Assembly (NCBI RefSeq): GCF_013315695.1
Contig: NZ_CP054355.1
Length of the DNA: 64,000 nucleotides
Reading direction: 5' to 3' (one strand)
Source of the DNA: Escherichia coli
GTDB lineage: Bacteria; Pseudomonadota; Gammaproteobacteria; Enterobacterales; Enterobacteriaceae
The notes beneath the pieces are model-generated. The model was not told the DNA's origin. It ran no database searches and worked only from the letters and a program-made list of their open reading frames with translations. Every line of letters begins with the position of its first letter. Within the stretch, counting starts at the first letter, position 1. Position numbers and translations under genes: made by a program. Shown piece by piece: positions 50,351 through 60,915 of this stretch.

Positions 50351-50408
50351 AAATATCCTGTGTTATGTTGTTTATTAATAATCAGAATCAGCGTCAGTAT
50401 CATACCAG

Positions 50409-51155
50409 TCACAACGCCAGAACGCCCAGCACAGCCAGATGACAGGCGTAGAATACCGGGAAAAAATCCCCGGGCCAGAAACGGGGTAATGATTTTCCTG
50501 CACACGACACCAGACCAACGGTCAGCACCGTCATTACAAGACCGGCCACCGCCGCTGCATCACTGGAGGCAAGGTTAAGTGCCGGAATAACGGCCAGCAG
50601 GCATGCAAGCAGCGCCAGACGTTCCGCTCTGTCTTCCGCCCGGTACAGTCGGTAACTGACCGCCAGCATCAGCAGCCCGGCAATGCCGTAACTGGTGCCG
50701 GACAAAGGCCCCCACAGGGCCATCAGAAGAATGGCCGCTGCTGTACGCCACCCACTGCGCGTTTCACACCACGTCAGCACCTGTGCCGCCACTGCAAAGG
50801 CAAACAGGATATTCCCCTCATACCAGGGAAAGCCGGCCAGATAATATGCGAACTGGGCAATAATTCCCCATCCCCACAGCCGGTTAATGGCCGGTTGCCG
50901 GATATGCGCATGACGGGACAGATTCAGCCCCCACACCAGGGCAAACAGCGGAAAGGCTCCTCGCCCGGCCAGAAACATCCATTCCTGCTTCAGCTGGAAT
51001 ATCAGATTGATGTGGTCCAGTACCATCAGCACCAGCGCCACCGTTTTGATGATATCCCGCTGTCCGGGTGACCAGACCAGAAACGACTGCAACCAGGTAT
51101 CGGTCCGTGCAGCCAGTGAATCGTTACGTGTCGTGTTCGTGTTATCCGTTGTCAT
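50409..51155 (-). CDS. traX: F-pilin acetylase TraX
   Basis: ORF 50409..51626, real start at MTTDNTNTT; polytopic membrane protein at the position of traX after traI. Confidence 0.8.
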   Translation of the reverse strand: MTTDNTNTTRNDSLAARTDTWLQSFLVWSPGQRDIIKTVALVLMVLDHINLIFQLKQEWMFLAGRGAFPLFALVWGLNLSRHAHIRQPAINRLWGWGIIAQFAYYLAGFPWYEGNILFAFAVAAQVLTWCETRSGWRTAAAILLMALWGPLSGTSYGIAGLLMLAVSYRLYRAEDRAERLALLACLLAVIPALNLASSDAAAVAGLVMTVLTVGLVSCAGKSLPRFWPGDFFPVFYACHLAVLGVLAL

Positions 51156-51174
51156 CAGTGTTTGTCTTCCTGTA

Positions 51175-54100
51175 TCAGTCTCCGCCCAGGGTTTTCTCTT
51201 TCTGCAGGTCACGAACCATATCCCGCTCCATCTGCTGCAGACGCTCCTGCAGCAGATTTTCCCGGGCAACCTCCCGGACCGCTTCCCGCTCCCGTTGTGA
51301 TTCACGCAGCACACTCTCCGGCAGTGCGGTTTCCCGTTCAGATATGGCAGACCGGTCACGCTCCTGTCCGGCAATATCCCTGACAGCCAGCTCTGTTTTG
51401 CCATCCGGCAGGTCAGGTTTGTTCTCTGCCATTTTCCTGACAATTTCATCTGCGCGGCGTTCCGTTTCACGGCGGATGGCCTCTTCAGCCTGCCGCTGTG
51501 CCAGTACCTCTGCCGTGACCGGTTCGCCATTTCCGGCCCCCGGCTGGACGCTGTTATCCGGGATATCCCCCCACACGCGGCCACCGGTGATGGCACCGGG
51601 ATTCCACGGACGACCTTCACCGGCAATTCTCACCACCACACCGCTGTCAGGATTATCACGGGCAATCCGGACGCCATCCTGCATATTATCAGCCAGCAGG
51701 CTCTCTCCGTTACGGCTGCCCTGCAGGGCCACGAACTGCGCATCCCCGCTGCCTTTCACCCGTCCTTCACCACTGAATCCCCGCAGCCCGTTTCCGTCAT
51801 CCGTGGTCAGTGGGTTCAGCCAGATACCAGCTGACTTGCCGTTACGGTCAAACGCCGGCAGTGCCACATACGGCTGCGGATATTTACGTCCCGGTGCAAT
51901 AAACCGTGCAGGGCTGTCTCCCCCGGCCAGCCCTGCCTGACGGAGAACGGCACGGCCTGCCGCCACGTCCCGCAGTTCCCGTGCCGTACTGAACAGCCGC
52001 TGCGCATTCATGACCTCCCGGTCCGGTTTCGGCTCCAGCACATCGTGGGCAGTTCCTTTCTGTACGGCATTGTTAATGGCATCCGTCCAGCCCTGACGGT
52101 TATCGGTGTACACCTGCACATGCTGCTTCATACGCGACAGGGCCACGTAGGCTGACTCAAAGCCGGCCATCAGTTTCCGGTTACCTTCCGTGCCTTCAAG
52201 CGCGATGGCAAAGGTTTCACTCGCCCCCTGCGCACCGTGGGCGGTGATGGCATAAGCCAGGTCAATATGTTGCTCTGCCCGCTCCTGGCCGGGGCGAATC
52301 ACCCGGGTCTGCTGTCCGTCTGACAGCGTGACACTGTCACCGGAAACCGCTGTCACCGTCCAGACGCTGTTGGCCACATAACCGCGCTCCCGGTCACTCT
52401 TCGTGAAGCGCATCCGGTCGCCGGTCCCCACCCGGATTTTGTCCGGGGTGTACAGTGTGACACCTTCAGCCACCGCCTCCCGGGGCGAAATCAGCCGCGT
52501 GTTACCTTCCGCATCCTCCAGGGTTATCAGCCCGTCATCCTTGCTGATACCGGCAATCCGGTGATACACACTATCCACCAGGGCAAGGGCATCCGGGTTA
52601 TTCTCCCAGGTGGAGAGACGACGCAGCTCCCCGTCACGTATATTCGCTGTGTTCAGGACAGGCACCATGACCTGCTCTTTCCCCAGCTCACCGGCCTTTT
52701 CCCGTGCATCATGAATCATGCTGTTCAGTACGCGCCGGTCCTCATTCAGGTGCGTGACAATCAGCGTCTGCTCCCGTGCTTCCGGTGTCCTGCCGGTATA
52801 GTCGCGGACAATGGCTTCATACAGTGTCATGGGGACATCCGGAAAAGTCTCACCTTTCAGCATCGCCTTCTGCTGCGCTTCTGCCAGTTTCGCTTCCTGG
52901 CTGTGACTGAACTCCGTCACGGAGTGCTCCGGTGCCCATGCGCCCTCCTGACGGGGAACCTGAGACGGTTTCACACTCTCAAGCCCGGACAGTGCCCTTT
53001 CCACATCCCGGTTAATCAGGCTGTATACCGCCTCCCGCAGTTCCGGCGTCTGACGCACAATCTCCTTCATGATGACCACATCGGCAGCACTGCGCGTCTG
53101 CTGGAGACGGAAAGGCTGACCGGGCGCGATGGCCTGCAGCTGGTCCGTGTCACCACTGGCCACGGCACGACCGCCACCGGCCGCAATCAGGGCGTATGCC
53201 CGTGCCATGTCGGTATTGCCCACCATTGAGCTCTCATCGAGCAGGAACAGCGTGTTGCTGAAATCCGGCGTTTCTCCGCTGCGCTGCTGCAGCTGCGTGT
53301 CATGCAGAAAGGACGCCAGCGTCTGTGCATCCACGCCGGCGCTGCGCATCTCACCGACCGCACGGTGCGTGGGCCCCAGCCCCACAACTCGGGGACGCTC
53401 ACTCGCCGGCAGCATGTTCACGGCTGACATCACCGCCCGGAACTGTGTGGTCTTACCCACACCGGCATAACCCTGTACCACCGTGAAACGGTCGGACGTT
53501 TCCAGTATCATACGGGTGGCGGCACGCTGTCCCGACGTTAACGTCTCCATGAGTTCGCCGGGTACTCTCTCCATCAGCGGCGTGACCGCCTCCTTACCTT
53601 CGAGAATATGGCGAAGAATACTTTTTTCTGCCTCATACGACGCACGGGAAACCAGCAGGCCTGTGCCATAGCCTTTTGCCACATCCACATACAGTAAGTC
53701 ACCGCGTTTTATCTGCGCATTGATTTCCCCTCCCAGTTCAGTAAAACCGGTTCCTTCTGCAGCAAACGACTTCGCCTCTGTCAGCAGGTCCACCATGCTG
53801 AAGGCCAGGTTTTTACTTTCCAGCACAGGAAGGGCCAGATGAATGGCCTGCTGTGCCGGCGTGTGCAGCCCGGTTTTCTGCAGACTGATAGCGGTTTCCA
53901 GCGATGTCTCACCGGCCCGCGCCTTTATCTGCTCAGAAACCACCGTAAAGGAGGGATGGCGGGCAAGTTTTTCCGCAGTACGGGTTTCATCCAGTGAGGA
54001 ATACAGCCGGACATCACGACCGCTGCGGGCCAGACCGTTCAGGGTGGCGTTGTCCATTGCCATCTGTGTGACGGAGGCAAACACCGTCGCACTGTCACTG

Positions 54101-56445
54101 ACGGAATGCCCGGGCGTTTCCACCCAGCCGTTCTCCAGCTTCAGTGCCGTGAACGGTGAATCAGCCACAGGCAGGGTGGCCGGTTCAGCCCGCCCCGGCA
54201 CAACAACCGTCATCGCATCTTCACTGACGGATGCCACCTGCAGGCGGTCACCGCCGGAGACGCGGAGTCCGGGAATTTTCCCTGTCACCCTCAGTCGCTC
54301 GCCGTCTGCCACCGGCATTTTTTCCGGCCGGAACAGCGACCAGCTGCTGTCCAGGGAGGAAATACGCACCACCTGCGTTTCGCCCTGCGCATCCCGCAGG
54401 GTCAGGCTGTGACTCTGCGCCGTCACCCGGTCGATAACATAGCGGTCATGACTGCGTGTCTCCGGGTTCCACTGCTCCATCACCATCCCCGGTCGGTACA
54501 TATCCCGCAGATAACGGCTCCGGCTGTCCAGCCAGACCGGTGACAGGGCGGTCATGGTCACCTCCGGGTGTCCGAGCACGCCCTGTGTTTTCAGCTCACT
54601 GCGAATGGCCTGTGTCAGTATGGCCTGTTCCCGTACCCCGCTGACCTGTGCCACGCTCTCTTCTCCGGCTTTCACGCTGGCCGCAAAATCTCCGGCCAGC
54701 CGGTCATAGCGGACATTCCGGTCCGGTTCACTGATGATGGTTGCCGGTCGCTGTTCTCCGCCCTGCCAGCGATACGTGTTCACCCCGGTATCCTTCATGG
54801 CCATCAGCGCACTGCCTGTACCGGTTCGCTGCCCGCTGTCGGTTATCAGGACCTGTACGTTATGACGTGCGGCACCGTCCAGCAGGGTTAACGTCTCTTT
54901 CAGGGAGAGTTTTTCGCCCTGGTCGACGATAACAGTACTGCCCGGCGTGAAGACCATGCCCTCCTGCAGCTGACGACGTCCGGTTATCAGCTCACCGGAC
55001 AGCCGTTCATCCTGCTTCAGGTTCATCTGCGAGCGACGGTCAGCAGCGATAATCTGCACCTCCCGCCCCTGCTCCCGGGCCATCATGACCAGTTCAGCCA
55101 CCCGCTCACGCTGCCCGGCTGCACCGCCCTGCCCGGACACAATGGCCAGCGACGGACGGTCCTGTGCCAGAACACTGACCGCATCGCTGTAACCAGCCGT
55201 CCGGGGGACACTTTTCTCCGGATGTACGGTCACCCGGTTCTGTTTCATGATGTCACGACTGAGTGCCCGGACGGACAGCTCATCGAGCACATGAATTCCT
55301 GATGTGAACAGCCCCTTCTCACGGTCGAGGGGGATAAGCTGCTCACGGCTGATGGCCTCATCGATACCGGCGCGTGCCCGTTCAATCACACCATTTTCCG
55401 GCGGCAGTATGCCGACCGTCCTGGCCAGCACGTCCGTATACGTGAACTGCACTTTTCGTTCACTTAATCCGGCAATCGCCTGTGTCACCGCCTGCTGCAC
55501 ATCCGGCCCGTCCTGTGAAGCAGGCCCGGGCGCCTGCGTGCGGATCTCCGCACGCTGATCCGCCGCGTCACGATATGCCCGGATGTCGAACCCGGTTTCC
55601 TTCAGCGTCTGCATCCATTCAGCCATTCTGATTTCCGGATCGACGTGCTGTTTGGATTTACGCGTATCCAGTGCCGCCACATCCCGGGATTTCAGCGAGG
55701 CGTCTTCCCCGACGGCCTCCCGGATAGCCTGTGAGCGTCCGGAAAAGGCCTCCACCGGTACGCCCGGCATCTCCCACATACCGTGCTTACCCACCACTTC
55801 GGTTTCATAGCCCAGCGCCTCAACCTGCTCTTTCAGTTTTTCCCGGTAGAGCCTGCCAAAGGCAATCTGATTAGCGTACACATTCTCAATGAACCCCGTT
55901 TTCCCCACTTTGTCACTGCTCAGTGTCTTCCACTCACCGTTATGCTGCGTGACATTAGCCACCACCGCATGCGTGTGTAACTGTGGTTCCTGATCGCGAC
56001 TGGTGTCGTGGTTAAACAGTGCCATCACCAGATTACCGGTCAGCACCGTTTCTGACTGTCCGTCCGTCATCACCCGTGTGGAGGCCAGCGCCTCCACCTG
56101 ACGAACAGCAAAGTCCACGGCCTGGTTATGTGCATCAATCAGGCGCTTATCGCCACCTAACATGGCCATCATGGAGACACTTTTGGGGGCGGAGAAGGTC
56201 AGGTCGTAGCCGGGACGATGCTTATTACTGCCATCCTGCATGCGGCTTAGATCCGCTCCGTCCGGCAGCCTTCCCTCCAGAAGACGGGTAAAAACATCCT
56301 TATCGACACTGCCCTGCAGTCCCAGCTGTTCAGCCCCCCTGCCGGCCCAGCGTTCTCCCATGCTGCCCAGTACATAGTAATTATCCTTGTCGGTATAATA
56401 GTTACCGGCACTTCCGGCCGATCTGACCTGCGCGATACTCATCAT
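51175..56445 (-). CDS. traI: Relaxase/helicase TraI
   Basis: 1756 aa; N-terminal relaxase, helicase Walker motifs; F TraI length and sequence pattern. Confidence 0.95.
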   Translation of the reverse strand: MMSIAQVRSAGSAGNYYTDKDNYYVLGSMGERWAGRGAEQLGLQGSVDKDVFTRLLEGRLPDGADLSRMQDGSNKHRPGYDLTFSAPKSVSMMAMLGGDKRLIDAHNQAVDFAVRQVEALASTRVMTDGQSETVLTGNLVMALFNHDTSRDQEPQLHTHAVVANVTQHNGEWKTLSSDKVGKTGFIENVYANQIAFGRLYREKLKEQVEALGYETEVVGKHGMWEMPGVPVEAFSGRSQAIREAVGEDASLKSRDVAALDTRKSKQHVDPEIRMAEWMQTLKETGFDIRAYRDAADQRAEIRTQAPGPASQDGPDVQQAVTQAIAGLSERKVQFTYTDVLARTVGILPPENGVIERARAGIDEAISREQLIPLDREKGLFTSGIHVLDELSVRALSRDIMKQNRVTVHPEKSVPRTAGYSDAVSVLAQDRPSLAIVSGQGGAAGQRERVAELVMMAREQGREVQIIAADRRSQMNLKQDERLSGELITGRRQLQEGMVFTPGSTVIVDQGEKLSLKETLTLLDGAARHNVQVLITDSGQRTGTGSALMAMKDTGVNTYRWQGGEQRPATIISEPDRNVRYDRLAGDFAASVKAGEESVAQVSGVREQAILTQAIRSELKTQGVLGHPEVTMTALSPVWLDSRSRYLRDMYRPGMVMEQWNPETRSHDRYVIDRVTAQSHSLTLRDAQGETQVVRISSLDSSWSLFRPEKMPVADGERLRVTGKIPGLRVSGGDRLQVASVSEDAMTVVVPGRAEPATLPVADSPFTALKLENGWVETPGHSVSDSATVFASVTQMAMDNATLNGLARSGRDVRLYSSLDETRTAEKLARHPSFTVVSEQIKARAGETSLETAISLQKTGLHTPAQQAIHLALPVLESKNLAFSMVDLLTEAKSFAAEGTGFTELGGEINAQIKRGDLLYVDVAKGYGTGLLVSRASYEAEKSILRHILEGKEAVTPLMERVPGELMETLTSGQRAATRMILETSDRFTVVQGYAGVGKTTQFRAVMSAVNMLPASERPRVVGLGPTHRAVGEMRSAGVDAQTLASFLHDTQLQQRSGETPDFSNTLFLLDESSMVGNTDMARAYALIAAGGGRAVASGDTDQLQAIAPGQPFRLQQTRSAADVVIMKEIVRQTPELREAVYSLINRDVERALSGLESVKPSQVPRQEGAWAPEHSVTEFSHSQEAKLAEAQQKAMLKGETFPDVPMTLYEAIVRDYTGRTPEAREQTLIVTHLNEDRRVLNSMIHDAREKAGELGKEQVMVPVLNTANIRDGELRRLSTWENNPDALALVDSVYHRIAGISKDDGLITLEDAEGNTRLISPREAVAEGVTLYTPDKIRVGTGDRMRFTKSDRERGYVANSVWTVTAVSGDSVTLSDGQQTRVIRPGQERAEQHIDLAYAITAHGAQGASETFAIALEGTEGNRKLMAGFESAYVALSRMKQHVQVYTDNRQGWTDAINNAVQKGTAHDVLEPKPDREVMNAQRLFSTARELRDVAAGRAVLRQAGLAGGDSPARFIAPGRKYPQPYVALPAFDRNGKSAGIWLNPLTTDDGNGLRGFSGEGRVKGSGDAQFVALQGSRNGESLLADNMQDGVRIARDNPDSGVVVRIAGEGRPWNPGAITGGRVWGDIPDNSVQPGAGNGEPVTAEVLAQRQAEEAIRRETERRADEIVRKMAENKPDLPDGKTELAVRDIAGQERDRSAISERETALPESVLRESQREREAVREVARENLLQERLQQMERDMVRDLQKEKTLGGD

Positions 56446-58670
56446 CAGAAATCATCTCCCGGCTCAACATCCTCCCCACGCTCCCGGTGCACATTAATGT
56501 TCACCTCTTCACGACGCTGCATCTGCTGCTGGATGTCCGGATGATTTTCCTGTTGCCATGCCTCATAAGCGGCCATATCCACCACTTCACCGGATTCACT
56601 GATCCCGGGTGGCAGTTGCTGTTCCATCTCTTCTTCCGGTTTCATTTTCAGCTCCTGCTCGATCCCCCCTGCCGGAACACTCACACCTGCATCTGACTTC
56701 TTATCATTGATGACAGAAGACACTGGCTGTTGTGGCTGTTGTGGCTGTTGTGGCTGTTGTGGCTGTTGTGGCTGTTGTGGCTGTTGTGGCTGTTGTGGCT
56801 GTTGTGGCTGTTGTGGCTGTTCAGCCTGAGTCACATCTTCTCCGGAGGCAACCTCCGGTTCAAAGAGGCTGGCCATCTGACGACCTTCTGCTTCCCTTGC
56901 GGCAAGTACGGCACTCAGACGGTTCTCCATTTCCGGGTTGATGTCACGCGGAATAAACTCCGGAGCGACCTTCGGTCGTGCCTGATATTTCAGAGAGAGT
57001 TTGACTGCCGGATACGGTCCGGGCAGAGTGACATAGCAGGTCAGATCCGGCAGAGACTGAATGTCGGAATAACTGACCAGCGTCTGACGCTCCATATCCT
57101 TACCGGTCGATACCCCGTCACGTACCGGGTCAGCACCGTAGGAATACTGCTCGCTGGCTTTCAGGTGCTCTTTCTCACCAATCTCACCGGCAGCGAACTC
57201 TGCAATCTTATGGCTCGGGGAACGGAAAAAAGCACGGGTGTTCATGACGTCAAACAGCGTGGCCGCCGCTTTCTCACCGTAGATATCTTCCAGCTGGGCA
57301 TAGGACTGGATACCAAACACATAACAGCCACCGAACTTACGGGCTTCCGGCAGGATCTCCACCAGGTCCGGCAGTTTGTGTAACGTGGGTAACTCGTCAC
57401 AGAAAAACCACACACGACGGTTACGGTTTTCTCCCATTGCCAGCAGACCACGAATGGCAATGGACAGCCACATGGAGATCACCGGCTTCAGGGAGGCATG
57501 GGTGTCGGCGTTCGACGAAATAAACAGCCAGCCGTTTTTCTGATCTTCCCGGACACCACGCATCCAGTCACGGATGGTAAAAGACTCACCGTTATGCTCA
57601 ATCCCCTGCAGGTAACGGATGGCTTTCACGTAGTTGGTCAGCACAGCACGGATGGAAATCGCCGTTTTCTCAATTTTCTCTTCCACCAGGTTGGCTGCCG
57701 GTGAATTACGCAGGAAGGTACGCAGTTTTTCAATTTTGATGGAAAGCAGTGTGTCCACCAGTTTGCTGTAGCTGCGGTTGGGGTCATTACGCATCAGGTA
57801 CGCCGCTTCCGCAAAAATGGTACGTCCTGAACCCTGCCAGAACGGGTCCTCTTTTGTACCCATAGGGATCAGAGTATTTGCGGTATTATCAAAATCCGGC
57901 TGTGTCAGGCACTCCTTCCACAAATCCCATGCGGCACAGCGGGCATCCAGCGGATTCAGGATTTTATCGATGGAGGGATCATAGTAACTTTTAACAAATT
58001 CCCCTGAACGGTCATAAATCACCACCATATCACCGCGCTGACGGGCATAGTTGGCCAGACGACGGATAACCTCCGACTTACCGGCCCCGACCGTGCCGTG
58101 CAGACAGAAGTTCTGGATTTCGGAATCCCGGATAATCGGCAGGTCGCCAATCCGGATATCGGAGTCCTTGCCGTCTTTTTTCAGCATCCGGGCCACTTCT
58201 TTCGGGTTATCCGTCAGCTGACGCCCGCCGGTCACCTCATTTTCACTCTGCTGTTTCCCCTGATGCCCCAGAATCCAGGAGACAACAAAGAAGGTGATCA
58301 GGCAAATAACCAGGGCCACGACAGACGCCAGAACGAATGCAGACCATAGCTGCTCTCCGCACCAGATCATATATTTATCATGCAGTACCTGGGCAGCGTT
58401 CATCCGGAAGGTTTTGCCGTAATACTGGATCTCATAGACCGGCTGGGATTTTATTAAATCCCGCATGCCTTCCAGTGACGTACACCACCAGTAAATACAG
58501 CCGTTGATAAACGTCTGCCAGCTTATTTTTACCCATAAGACCAGACCAATGAGGATCCAGAAAAAAATAAACAGGCAGTAAAGCATGATATTGGCGATCT
58601 GGCTGAACATGCGGATACGCATGGACGCAATCTGACCGCCCTGGGTCATATCCTTTGCGTTAAAACTCAT
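56445..58670 (-). CDS. traD: Type IV coupling protein TraD
   Basis: 741 aa; N-terminal TM helices, Walker A, C-terminal QQP repeats. Confidence 0.95.
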   Translation of the reverse strand: MSFNAKDMTQGGQIASMRIRMFSQIANIMLYCLFIFFWILIGLVLWVKISWQTFINGCIYWWCTSLEGMRDLIKSQPVYEIQYYGKTFRMNAAQVLHDKYMIWCGEQLWSAFVLASVVALVICLITFFVVSWILGHQGKQQSENEVTGGRQLTDNPKEVARMLKKDGKDSDIRIGDLPIIRDSEIQNFCLHGTVGAGKSEVIRRLANYARQRGDMVVIYDRSGEFVKSYYDPSIDKILNPLDARCAAWDLWKECLTQPDFDNTANTLIPMGTKEDPFWQGSGRTIFAEAAYLMRNDPNRSYSKLVDTLLSIKIEKLRTFLRNSPAANLVEEKIEKTAISIRAVLTNYVKAIRYLQGIEHNGESFTIRDWMRGVREDQKNGWLFISSNADTHASLKPVISMWLSIAIRGLLAMGENRNRRVWFFCDELPTLHKLPDLVEILPEARKFGGCYVFGIQSYAQLEDIYGEKAAATLFDVMNTRAFFRSPSHKIAEFAAGEIGEKEHLKASEQYSYGADPVRDGVSTGKDMERQTLVSYSDIQSLPDLTCYVTLPGPYPAVKLSLKYQARPKVAPEFIPRDINPEMENRLSAVLAAREAEGRQMASLFEPEVASGEDVTQAEQPQQPQQPQQPQQPQQPQQPQQPQQPQQPQQPVSSVINDKKSDAGVSVPAGGIEQELKMKPEEEMEQQLPPGISESGEVVDMAAYEAWQQENHPDIQQQMQRREEVNINVHRERGEDVEPGDDF
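56725..56818. repeat. Tandem 9-bp repeat (ggctgttgt, about 10 copies) encoding QQP repeats within traD
   Basis: Read directly; in-frame within traD. Confidence 0.85.
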
Positions 58671-58720
58671 GATGAAACTCCGGGAAAATCTGGAACAGGG
58701 CAGAAAAGGATGATGTGGGG

Positions 58721-59458
58721 TTAATTCACAGAAACAGACCAGGTGTACCCTGTATGCCGGTGGTGATGCCCGCCTGCAGTCCTGCCGGAAGAGACCTTCT
58801 CTGTAACAATGTCAGTCAGGCGCAATACTTCAGACCAGTCACTCCCATGCGGAAACTGGATCTGAATAAAAAGGCGTACCCGTTCACGGTGATCCAGAAC
58901 TGTGTCCGGTTCATAAAAACGGCCACTGTCAGGAGAAACACAGGACGTTTTATTGATGAGATCATACTTATCGGCAGGAGACTGCGATGAAATCGCCCAG
59001 GTGATATTCTCCGCCTGGTGGCCATCAATACGACTGCTCCCCGGCGTCCATGCAATTTCCTGCGCACTCGCCACGATGATCTCCCTGGAAACTTCAGCCA
59101 GCTTTCTGGGTGTACAGAATACCGGTGCCAGCACACACAGGGACAACAAATTACAGCTGACCGCCTCCGGTTTAAGCAAATTGCTCCCGGATTTTTCAGG
59201 AAAAGATATTTTTGTCAGTATTTCAGTTAATTCCTTATGCCTGAGAGAATTAATAAAGTACATGATAAGCATCATGAGAAACAATATAACAATAAGCCCT
59301 CCGATAACCACTAAAAGGTCAGTATCAATATTATTGCTGTACAGATAGTCTTTAGTGGTCACTGTATTATCCTGTATCACCGGGGGGTATTCAGTTACAG
59401 GCTTCTCAGTAAATTGATTATTCTCACCAACATATTCAGCGATATTGTCTGATGTCAT
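58721..59458 (-). CDS. Hypothetical single-pass membrane protein inserted between traT and traD
   Basis: ORF 58721..59524, probable start [10 protein letters not shown]; one TM helix ([22 protein letters not shown]); no family recognised. Confidence 0.4.
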   Translation of the reverse strand: MTSDNIAEYVGENNQFTEKPVTEYPPVIQDNTVTTKDYLYSNNIDTDLLVVIGGLIVILFLMMLIMYFINSLRHKELTEILTKISFPEKSGSNLLKPEAVSCNLLSLCVLAPVFCTPRKLAEVSREIIVASAQEIAWTPGSSRIDGHQAENITWAISSQSPADKYDLINKTSCVSPDSGRFYEPDTVLDHRERVRLFIQIQFPHGSDWSEVLRLTDIVTEKVSSGRTAGGHHHRHTGYTWSVSVN

Positions 59459-59536
59459 AATGACTTTCTCCGGAAGATCCCGGCTTCGCCGGCAACACTT
59501 CACGGTCGCACAAAGAATTTGCACAACCGCTCAGTG

Positions 59537-59620
59537 TTTTCATATTTATTTCGGAAACGCCGGGAGGTGACAAAATTTATTTTGTTACATCCCGGGGTTG
59601 GACAACGAGCAACGCGAGGC
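59537..59620. repeat. Conserved about 85-bp element, copy B, followed by hairpin ggaggc..gcctcc
   Basis: See copy A at 46811..46895; lies just 3' of traT. Confidence 0.6.
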
Positions 59621-59660
59621 GTCAGCAAGGAGGCCGGTCAGATCAGCCTCCTGACGAGGT

Positions 59661-60392
59661 TCAGAGAATATTTGCGATTGATTTGGCCAGTTGGTCTTCG
59701 AGAACAGGCTTCGCCTCTTCAAATTTCAGGTTAACCTTGTTCGCATTTGAAACCACACGGGTCTGGTATTTATGCTGGTTACCTGTTTCAGTACTGGTCT
59801 GAATTTTCGCACCTGATGTGCCCTGACGCAGGGCGGCAACATTATCCGTTGTCACCGTTGCCTTAGTACGCTCTGCAATCTGTACATCCGTGATCATGGT
59901 ATAGTTCACATCTTCCACCATCGCATCTGCAGCCATACCCACCAGACCAGCAGCAAGGCCTACACCGAGTGTGGCACCGGCAGAATTTGAGTTATAGCCG
60001 GTAATACCGGCACCTAACGCTGCACCAACAGCTGCGCCTTCATAACCACGGTTCAGCCATCCCTGAGACTCCCGCAGATCCATCTTATCAGCCTTCAGCA
60101 CATTCGCCTGAATCCAGTAGTAGGCTTTATCCGGAGAAGTCACCACCTGATATCCTTTTGCTTTCACAGCATCAGCAATTTTGCCCTGCAGCCCACTCAT
60201 GTCTTTATCAGACGTGTTTTTGATCTGCAGAAATACCGTGCGTTCGCTGGCGGGTTCAAGCCAGATGGTCTCACTCATCTGAGTCTTCACCTCAAGGTTA
60301 CGCTTCTTGATTGCTGTGCTCATCGCACCACACCCTGAAAGGGCCAGAGTGGAACTGACCAGTGCAACCATCATCAATTTTTTTGTTTTCAT
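59661..60392 (-). CDS. traT: Surface exclusion / serum resistance lipoprotein TraT
   Basis: 243 aa [47 protein letters not shown]... matches TraT. Confidence 0.9.
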   Translation of the reverse strand: MKTKKLMMVALVSSTLALSGCGAMSTAIKKRNLEVKTQMSETIWLEPASERTVFLQIKNTSDKDMSGLQGKIADAVKAKGYQVVTSPDKAYYWIQANVLKADKMDLRESQGWLNRGYEGAAVGAALGAGITGYNSNSAGATLGVGLAAGLVGMAADAMVEDVNYTMITDVQIAERTKATVTTDNVAALRQGTSGAKIQTSTETGNQHKYQTRVVSNANKVNLKFEEAKPVLEDQLAKSIANIL

Positions 60393-60405
60393 CCAAAATA
60401 TCCTT

Positions 60406-60915
60406 TTAACTAACAGACTCTTTTTTGAATAGTCCTATTACTGAGGCTATAGCTGAGAGATTATAACGATTTATATCTATGGTATACACCAAGAAAAATA
60501 ATATGAATGTAATCATTAGTGCAAAAACATATAAGATAGAATGCATAAACGAAACCATAGAAAAAACAATCAAAAACAACAAAATATATGTCTTACTCTT
60601 AGAATACATAAAATTTATTATTTTTGAATCCTTTCTGAAACTATCAGGAATCGCAAGGTATAACATCATTCCATTTGTAATAGCCACAAAAAGCAGGAAC
60701 CCCATCATTCCACTAGCACATATATCAAAGCCAACATCCCTGACATCACTTTTAACCGATACTAAACGCAGAAAAGTTGGCCATAATAAAACCCATAAAA
60801 ACACATAAGTTCCCGGCTTTATGACTTGTAATAATGATGGGATATTAACACCCTCTACAGAGAGTACCTCCTTTAGTTTCTGCATCTCCATTTTTATATC
60901 ATAGTGAGTGATCAT
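60406..60915 (-). CDS. traS: Entry exclusion inner-membrane protein TraS
   Basis: 169 aa hydrophobic, AT-rich, between traG and traT. Confidence 0.6.
   Translation of the reverse strand: MITHYDIKMEMQKLKEVLSVEGVNIPSLLQVIKPGTYVFLWVLLWPTFLRLVSVKSDVRDVGFDICASGMMGFLLFVAITNGMMLYLAIPDSFRKDSKIINFMYSKSKTYILLFLIVFSMVSFMHSILYVFALMITFILFFLVYTIDINRYNLSAIASVIGLFKKESVS

Noticed and set aside
51068-51940. Long plus-strand ORFs inside traI (also 52561..53229, 53843..54412)
   Set aside because: They lie antisense to a well-supported 1756-aa TraI gene in GC-rich sequence; composition is Ser/Arg/Pro-rich as expected for antisense frames.
56725-56818. Possible CRISPR array
   Set aside because: The repeat unit is only 9 bp, has no spacers and lies in frame within traD encoding QQP repeats.
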